From a virus, in IMG/VR virus record IMGVR_UViG_3300006143_000048, positions 1-37,551 of that record: DNA of 37,551 nt; one strand, written 5' to 3'. Each line of letters begins with the position of its first letter. Position 1 is the stretch's first letter. The position numbers and the translations under genes were made by a program. Positions 32,027 through 37,551 of the stretch are shown here, piece by piece. The notes under the pieces are model-generated. The model searched no databases. It was not told the origin of the DNA and saw nothing but the letters and a program-made list of their open reading frames with translations.

Positions 32027-33680
32027 ATGGCAAGAAAACCAATAAACTATTTTGAGAGAAGAAGTACAGAACTTATGCTCCAACTAGAAAAAGGTACAGA
32101 GAAGACAATAAATTCATTAATACAAGCATATGAACAGGCAACAAAGAACATAAATATAGAAATCAGTAATATATTTAAGAACTATTCAAAAGATGGAATA
32201 CTAAGCAAAGAAACATTAGTTAAGATGCTAAATAAAAGGGAAACGGACACATATTATAAAAACTTATTAAATGTAATTAATAATAATATAACTGATGAAG
32301 ATATAAAAAAGAAATTATTAGCAAAATATAACGCTCCAGCATACAGTTACCGTATTAGCAGATATGAAGCATTACAACAAAATATAGATATAGAATTAAA
32401 GAAGTTGGCTAATATAGAACAGCAGATAACAGAAACAAGATATGTAGACACAATAGCAGAAGGTTATTATCACAATATATATGATATTCAAAGAGGAACT
32501 GGACTAGGCTTTAGTTTTGCTCAGATAGACAATAGAACAATAAATTTAATGCTAAATGAAAATTGGACTCCCAACCCATTAGCTACTGCATCTAACTTTT
32601 CTCAAAGAATATGGAATAATAGCGAAAAGCTAGGTAATTACCTAAGAACTCAACTAACTGCAGATAGCATGAGTGGTAAATCAATAGCAAAGATAAGTAA
32701 AGAATTATCAGAATATATGAATGTAGGTCTGTACAATGCAACAAGACTAGTAAGAACAGAAGTGAATCATTTTGCAAACGAAGCGGAGATGTTATCCTAT
32801 GAAGAACTAGATATTGATAAGTATAGGTATATAGCAACATTAGATAAAGTAACTTGTAAGCATTGTGCTGAACTTGATAATAAAGTATTCAATGTTAAAG
32901 ATAGAAAGCCACGGCAAAAATTATCCACCAATTCATGCAAACGACAGATGTACAACAGTAGCAGAGTTCGATAGTGAAGTGATAGAAGGACTACAAAGAC
33001 GAGCGAGAGATGGAAACGAAAATAGTATACTAGTACCTCAAGATATGAACTATCAAGAATGGTATGCTAAATATGTGACAAATAATGATAAGAGTGATAT
33101 AATAAGTAATATTCCAAATTTCAAGAAATCATTAATAAAAGGACCAGAAAAAATATATAGTAGCAAAGAGATAAAACAAATAGCACAAGAAACAAATATA
33201 ATAGCAAGTAAATATACTAATAACAAAAGCAAATGGAGTGGGAAAATAATACAAAGTAAGCGTAATATAACAGTTAAGCTTTGGAATTGTAATATAGAAA
33301 TAGCAAACACCACATCTCCACATGAAATATTACATGAACAGCTTCATGCGCACTCAATTAGTTATTATGACAGAGAAGTTTATAAAAAGCATAGAAAGAT
33401 AGAAGAAGCGACTGTTGAATTTTATACAAAAGAGATAGGAAAGAAAGAAAATATAATTAATATAAAGTCTGTATATGATGACTGGGTAGAGAACTTAAAA
33501 GAAATAAATAATAAGATAAAGATAGAAAAAACAGACTTTAAATTTGCTCAAATATTATTTAACATTCCAGTTAATAAACGAATAGAATTTCTTGAAAATA
33601 AAATACAAAACTATTTAATAGATAAATCTATAGATGAAGCGATACAGTTAAATAAACTGATGGAGGTATTATATGACTAA
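32027..33680 (+). CDS. Mu gpF/SPP1 gp7-like minor head protein with C-terminal HExxH domain, +1 shift at CGG 32912
   Basis: 'VTCKHCAELDNKVFNVKDRKP' / 'GKNYPPIHANDRCTTVAEF...'; downstream 'PHEILHEQLHAHS'. Confidence 0.85.
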
Positions 33681-33870
33681 CAGAGATTATGTATATAGTT
33701 TAATATACCAAACAATATATTATCCAAACGGAAAAGAAGATAAGGTATTAAAAAAGCTATACGATGAAATACAAAATGTTCTTAAAAATGATAAATATAT
33801 GAATGAAGAAAAGGAATTATTACAAAAACAAGCTCATTTAGAAAGCTTAGTAATGATGTTAGATATTTAA
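33673..33870 (+). CDS. Hypothetical protein
   Basis: 65 aa ORF. Confidence 0.5.
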   Translation: MTNRDYVYSLIYQTIYYPNGKEDKVLKKLYDEIQNVLKNDKYMNEEKELLQKQAHLESLVMMLDI

Positions 33871-33881
33871 GGAGATGTAAA

Positions 33882-34049
33882 AATGAAAGACGAAATTTTG
33901 AATTTTATGTATGAACTGATAGAGAAAATAAAAGATAGAAACGATAGATTAATAGCTGACTGGGGAAATGAACAAGATGGAGTATTAAATGAGAAACAAT
34001 ATAAAGAGAGAAGAAACAAAGCTAGAGAGTTAGTAGCTAAAATTAAATA
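33882..34049 (+). CDS. Hypothetical small protein
   Basis: MKDEILNFMYELIEKIKDRNDRLIADWGNEQDGVLNEKQYKERRNKARELVAKIK. Confidence 0.45.
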
Positions 34050-34138
34050 ATTTATTAATATTTTAAAATTATAAATGTTGGTGAAATCATAGTGGGGCTG
34101 ATTTTTAAATGAGGAACTAACAGCCAACAATTAAATCA

Positions 34139-34165
34139 AAGACACAGAAATGTGTCTTATTTTTA
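34139..34165 (+). terminator. Intrinsic terminator or attenuator before scaffold/capsid genes
   Basis: aagacac-agaaat-gtgtctt followed by attttta. Confidence 0.65.
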
Positions 34166-34285
34166 TGCCTTGAATTTTAGTATTTGAGGTAATTTTTATT
34201 ACTCATTTACTTGTGAGAATAAACAAAAAGTAACTTTTCGTACTGGTAGCACCAGAATAAAAAAGCTAGAAAGGTAGGACCAATT

Positions 34286-34882
34286 ATGGAATGGTTAAAA
34301 GAATTATTAAAAGATGCTGGAATAGAAAATGTAGATGATTTAGAAAGTAAAATTGCTAAAGAATTACCAAAGCATTTTAAACCAGCAAAAGAATTTAATG
34401 ACATCAATGAAAAATTGAAATTAGCTGAAGGAGAAAAGAAAACACTAGAAGATGACAAAAAGAAAATTGAAGATGAATATAACAACTTCAAAAAAGGCTC
34501 TATAAGTCAAGAAGATTATGAAGCTAAGAAAAAGGAAATAGAAACTAATTCAAAGGCAGAAATAGCAAAAGTAAGACTAGAGAGCAAAATTGATTTAGCG
34601 ATTAACAATGCTAAAGCAAAAAATGTTAAATCTGTAAAAGCAAACCTTGAACTAGACAAAATTAAACTAGACGGAGATAAGCTTTTAGGATTTGACGACC
34701 AAATAGAAGCATTAAAGAAAAGCGATGCTTACTTATTTGAAATTGACAACAAAGTCAATAAAGGATTAGAAGATAATAATCCAAATAAAAGAAAAAACGA
34801 AGGCGGAAATTACGAAGATGATGAATTAGATAATTTGTCAGACGAAGAATATTTTGCACTTCAAGAAAAAAATAATAAATAA
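34286..34882 (+). CDS. Capsid scaffolding protein
   Basis: Charged coiled-coil 198 aa ORF immediately before major capsid gene. Confidence 0.8.
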   Translation: MEWLKELLKDAGIENVDDLESKIAKELPKHFKPAKEFNDINEKLKLAEGEKKTLEDDKKKIEDEYNNFKKGSISQEDYEAKKKEIETNSKAEIAKVRLESKIDLAINNAKAKNVKSVKANLELDKIKLDGDKLLGFDDQIEALKKSDAYLFEIDNKVNKGLEDNNPNKRKNEGGNYEDDELDNLSDEEYFALQEKNNK

Positions 34883-34899
34883 GAAAGAAGGAAAAGAAA

Positions 34900-36018
34900 A
34901 TGGGAAACAAATTATTAACATGTCAAAGAATAGCAAGAGAAGCATTACCAATGCTAGTAAATAACTTAGTAGTACCTGAGTTATTTCACACTGATTACAG
35001 TAAAGACTTTGTAAAAGAAGGGGATACAATTCAAGTTGAAAAACCATGTCAATTTGAAGCAAAAGATTTTAAGGATACGGTAACAATCCAAGAAATTAAT
35101 CAAAAGAGCGTTCCAGTTGTTATGGACCATATCGCCGATGTATCTGTTGAAATTACATCTAAAGAATTAACTTTAGATAGAGTAGCATTTAATGAAAAAA
35201 TATTAACACCTATGATGGAAGCAATTGCTGAAAAAATCAATAAAGAAGGTCTTGAAATGTACAAAAATGTTTACAAAACATTAGGTACACCAGGAACAAC
35301 ACCAAATTCTATAGACGTAATGGCAAACGCAAGAGGTTTATTAAATAAAGCAAAAGCACCAATGGGCAATAGATATGCAGTATGGGACCCAGATGCTGAT
35401 GTAAAATTCTCTACAATAGATGCAATTTTACACGCTGAAAAATCTGGAAGCACACAAGCATTAAGAGAAGGTTCTATTGGTAGAATACAAGGATTAGAAA
35501 ACTTTATGTCTCAACAAGTTGCAGTTCATGAAGCTGGAACTTTCACAAAAGTGGCAACACCAAAATTAAATGCAAAAGCAGAAGCTAAAAGTGAAACTAT
35601 TACAATTAAAGGTGGAACTGCAGCTGAAACATTAGTAAAAGGAGATTTATTATCAGTAGGAGGACAGCAATATGTTGTTACAGAAGATGCTAAAGCTGAC
35701 ACTGGTGTAATTACTGCAAAAGTATATCCAGCAGTTGTAAAAGAATTAGCAGCAGATACAGAAGTAACATTCATAGATAAAACTGCTGGAGGTCATGTTG
35801 CTAATATGGTATTTAATAAATTAGCATTTGCCTTTGTATCAAGAGCATTAGCATTACCTGTAGATGGTAGAGACTCTTATGTTATTTCTTACAAAGGACT
35901 AAATTTAAGAGTTGTTTATGGATACGATATGCAAACAAAAAAGAATATGCTATCTATTGATACTATTTATGGTTTTGCACCATTATATCCATCTTTAGCA
36001 GCAGTAGTTTTGGGATAA
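34900..36018 (+). CDS. Major capsid protein (P22 coat-like)
   Basis: 'MGNKLLTCQRIAREALPMLVNNLVVPELFHTDYSKDFVKEGDTIQVEKP', 'GLNLRVVYGYDMQTKKNMLSIDTIYGF'. Confidence 0.85.
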   Translation: MGNKLLTCQRIAREALPMLVNNLVVPELFHTDYSKDFVKEGDTIQVEKPCQFEAKDFKDTVTIQEINQKSVPVVMDHIADVSVEITSKELTLDRVAFNEKILTPMMEAIAEKINKEGLEMYKNVYKTLGTPGTTPNSIDVMANARGLLNKAKAPMGNRYAVWDPDADVKFSTIDAILHAEKSGSTQALREGSIGRIQGLENFMSQQVAVHEAGTFTKVATPKLNAKAEAKSETITIKGGTAAETLVKGDLLSVGGQQYVVTEDAKADTGVITAKVYPAVVKELAADTEVTFIDKTAGGHVANMVFNKLAFAFVSRALALPVDGRDSYVISYKGLNLRVVYGYDMQTKKNMLSIDTIYGFAPLYPSLAAVVLG

Positions 36019-36067
36019 GAAAAGGCAGAGAAATCTGCCTTAATTTAATTATTAGGAGGATGAGATA

Positions 36068-36301
36068 ATGAAATGTTCTAAATGTGGAAAAGAGTTTTCA
36101 GAACCAGTATTACCCTTGCATGAAAAAAGATGTGGTGATAAGGAGTTGAAAAATAATAAAATTAAAACAATTGAGCAAATGAACAAAGAAGAGTTATTAG
36201 CAAAAGCTAGAGAGTTAGAAATAGTTGTTGAAAATGTAGAAAATACAACTAAAGCTCAAATTATAGAAATGATAAAAGCAAAAGAAACACCACAAGAGTA
36301 G
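36068..36301 (+). CDS. Zinc-knuckle plus SAP/Rho-N-like small head-module protein
   Basis: 'MKCSKCGKEFSEPVLPLHEKRC...'. Confidence 0.5.
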   Translation: MKCSKCGKEFSEPVLPLHEKRCGDKELKNNKIKTIEQMNKEELLAKARELEIVVENVENTTKAQIIEMIKAKETPQE

Positions 36302-36309
36302 GTGATCAA

Positions 36310-36666
36310 ATGAATTTATTAGACGAAGTAAAAGAAAGACTTGACATTACTGATACAAGTCAAGACAAGAAAATTCAAGGTTATATTGATGAAATTACTG
36401 ACAAAGTAAAATCTATTTGTAACAGAATAGATTTCCCAGAAGAGCTAAATTATTTAGCAATTAAGTATGCAAAAGACAGTTATATTTATTACAAAGATAA
36501 AGATAATTCTAAAAATGAACAATTACAAGTGACAAGTGCAAGTGATAATGGACAATCTGTTAGTTTTAAAACAATAGAAAATGTTTCAAAAGATGATGTA
36601 GATATTGATAAAGTAATCGCTAAAAACATAGATGAAATATCAGCGTATGCATATATGAGGTGGTAA
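36310..36666 (+). CDS. Head-tail connector (Gp6/gp15-like)
   Basis: 'MNLLDEVKERLDITDTSQDKKIQGYIDEITDKVKSICNRIDFPEELNYLAIKYAKDSYI'. Confidence 0.75.
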   Translation: MNLLDEVKERLDITDTSQDKKIQGYIDEITDKVKSICNRIDFPEELNYLAIKYAKDSYIYYKDKDNSKNEQLQVTSASDNGQSVSFKTIENVSKDDVDIDKVIAKNIDEISAYAYMRW

Positions 36667-36668
36667 TT

Positions 36669-37031
36669 ATGCAAATACCAGATTTATTTAAACAAGTAAT
36701 AAATGACACTTTTTATGACAAAGAACTAAAAATAACAACTCCAAAAGTAGAAAAAATAGAAAGAGACGAGGAGGGTTGTATAATTGAAACTAAAGAAGTT
36801 ATTTTAAAAGAAATTATAGTAGGAAACTTTCAATATTCTACACTTGAAAAGGTACAGCAAGAATATGGAAAAGAAATGGTTGCTGAATGTATTGCTACTT
36901 GTGAAGATACACAAGCAACAGTAGATGATATTTTAGTATATCAAGAAAAAGAGTATGAAATAAAAGCAATTATTCCTTATGATAGTCATAAAATAATACT
37001 TTTGCATAGGGTAGGTGGTTTAGATGAGTAG
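36669..37031 (+). CDS. Head closure/head-tail adaptor protein
   Basis: 'MQIPDLFKQVINDTFYDKELKI...HKIILLHRVGGLDE', position. Confidence 0.65.
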   Translation: MQIPDLFKQVINDTFYDKELKITTPKVEKIERDEEGCIIETKEVILKEIIVGNFQYSTLEKVQQEYGKEMVAECIATCEDTQATVDDILVYQEKEYEIKAIIPYDSHKIILLHRVGGLDE

Positions 37032-37468
37032 CATAGAAGGATTAGACGAGGTGTTGGTTAAATTATCACGGACTAGGTGGAGATGTAAAACAAAGTTGCA
37101 AAAAAGCACTTGAAAGAGGTGCTAAGAAGATACAAAAAAATGCAAAATATTTAGCACCAGTAGATATAGGAGAACTCCGCAATTCCATAAAAACAAAGTC
37201 CGAAATAACACAAGAAGGAGTATGGGCACAAGTATACACTAATTGCGACCATGCTATTTATCCAGAATTTCGGAACTCGGTCAACGTGGTGCAGAAAGCA
37301 ATATAGATAGGCCAGAGCGGTGTGTCATATAAAGCAGACTGGAAAGGACAAACAGCACAGCCATACCTTACACCAGCATATTTACAAGCGAAGAACAGTG
37401 GAGAAATAGAACAAGAAGTAATTAAGTCAGTACAATCAGATATAAGAAAAATGGAGAGTGGTAAATAA
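37024..37468 (+). CDS. HK97 gp10-like tail component, contiguous only with four +1 shifts at CGG 37069, 37271, 37278, 37318
   Basis: MSSIEGLDEVLVKLS/GLGGDVKQSCKKALERGAKKIQKNAKYLAPVDIGELRNSIKTKSEITQEGVWAQVYTNCDHAIYPEF/GT/GQRGAESNIDRPE/GVSYKADWKGQTAQPYLTPAYLQAKNSGEIEQEVIKSVQSDIRKMESGK. Confidence 0.9.
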
Positions 37469-37551
37469 TGAAAAATTTAAAACCACAAATATTAAAAAAA
37501 TTAGAAGAAATCTCAGATGTTGAGGTTTCTTATTTTTATCCACAAAAGTGG
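37468..37551 (+). CDS. Tail completion/terminator-like protein, 5' part; continues at window position 1..335
   Basis: MKNLKPQILKKLEEISDVEVSYFYPQKW..., TAATG overlap with previous stop. Confidence 0.7.
   Translation, partial: MKNLKPQILKKLEEISDVEVSYFYPQKW
37487..37551 (+). repeat. 65-nt exact copy of bases 1-65 (circular/permuted contig closure)
   Basis: Direct sequence identity of window ends. Confidence 0.98.

Overview
The window looks like one complete, circularly permuted genome of a temperate siphovirus from a low-GC Firmicutes (probably Clostridia-like) host. Bases 1-65 are repeated exactly at 37487-37551, so the unique length is about 37,486 bp, and one gene reads through the junction. 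Modules in order: tail, holin/endolysin, minus-strand integration/immunity block, early/recombination genes (Siphovirus Gp157-like, Rad52-like, RusA-like), a cluster of small unknowns, RtcB-like RNA ligase, sigma-like late regulator, terS/terL/portal/minor head/scaffold/major capsid/connectors. The main observation is that ten otherwise normal genes, on both strands and in several modules, are each broken in the triplet reading by +1 frame changes (14 sites). Every site is an in-frame CGG, and skipping the C to continue with GGN (Gly) restores one contiguous, family-typical protein. By manual reading I found no in-frame CGG used as an ordinary arginine codon, while dozens of out-of-frame CGG trinucleotides are read through normally. 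This suggests that CGG is unassigned and CGGN behaves as a four-base unit (probable Gly) or an obligatory +1 frameshift site in this phage and presumably its host. Other points of interest: a Spo0E-like small ORF, a moron-like membrane cassette inside the tail module, a minor head protein with a C-terminal HExxH domain, a structured 409-nt region before terS, a promoter-terminator unit that could be a small RNA, and promoter-embedded palindromic operators. All calls are from reading the sequence and family knowledge; no search or alignment was run.
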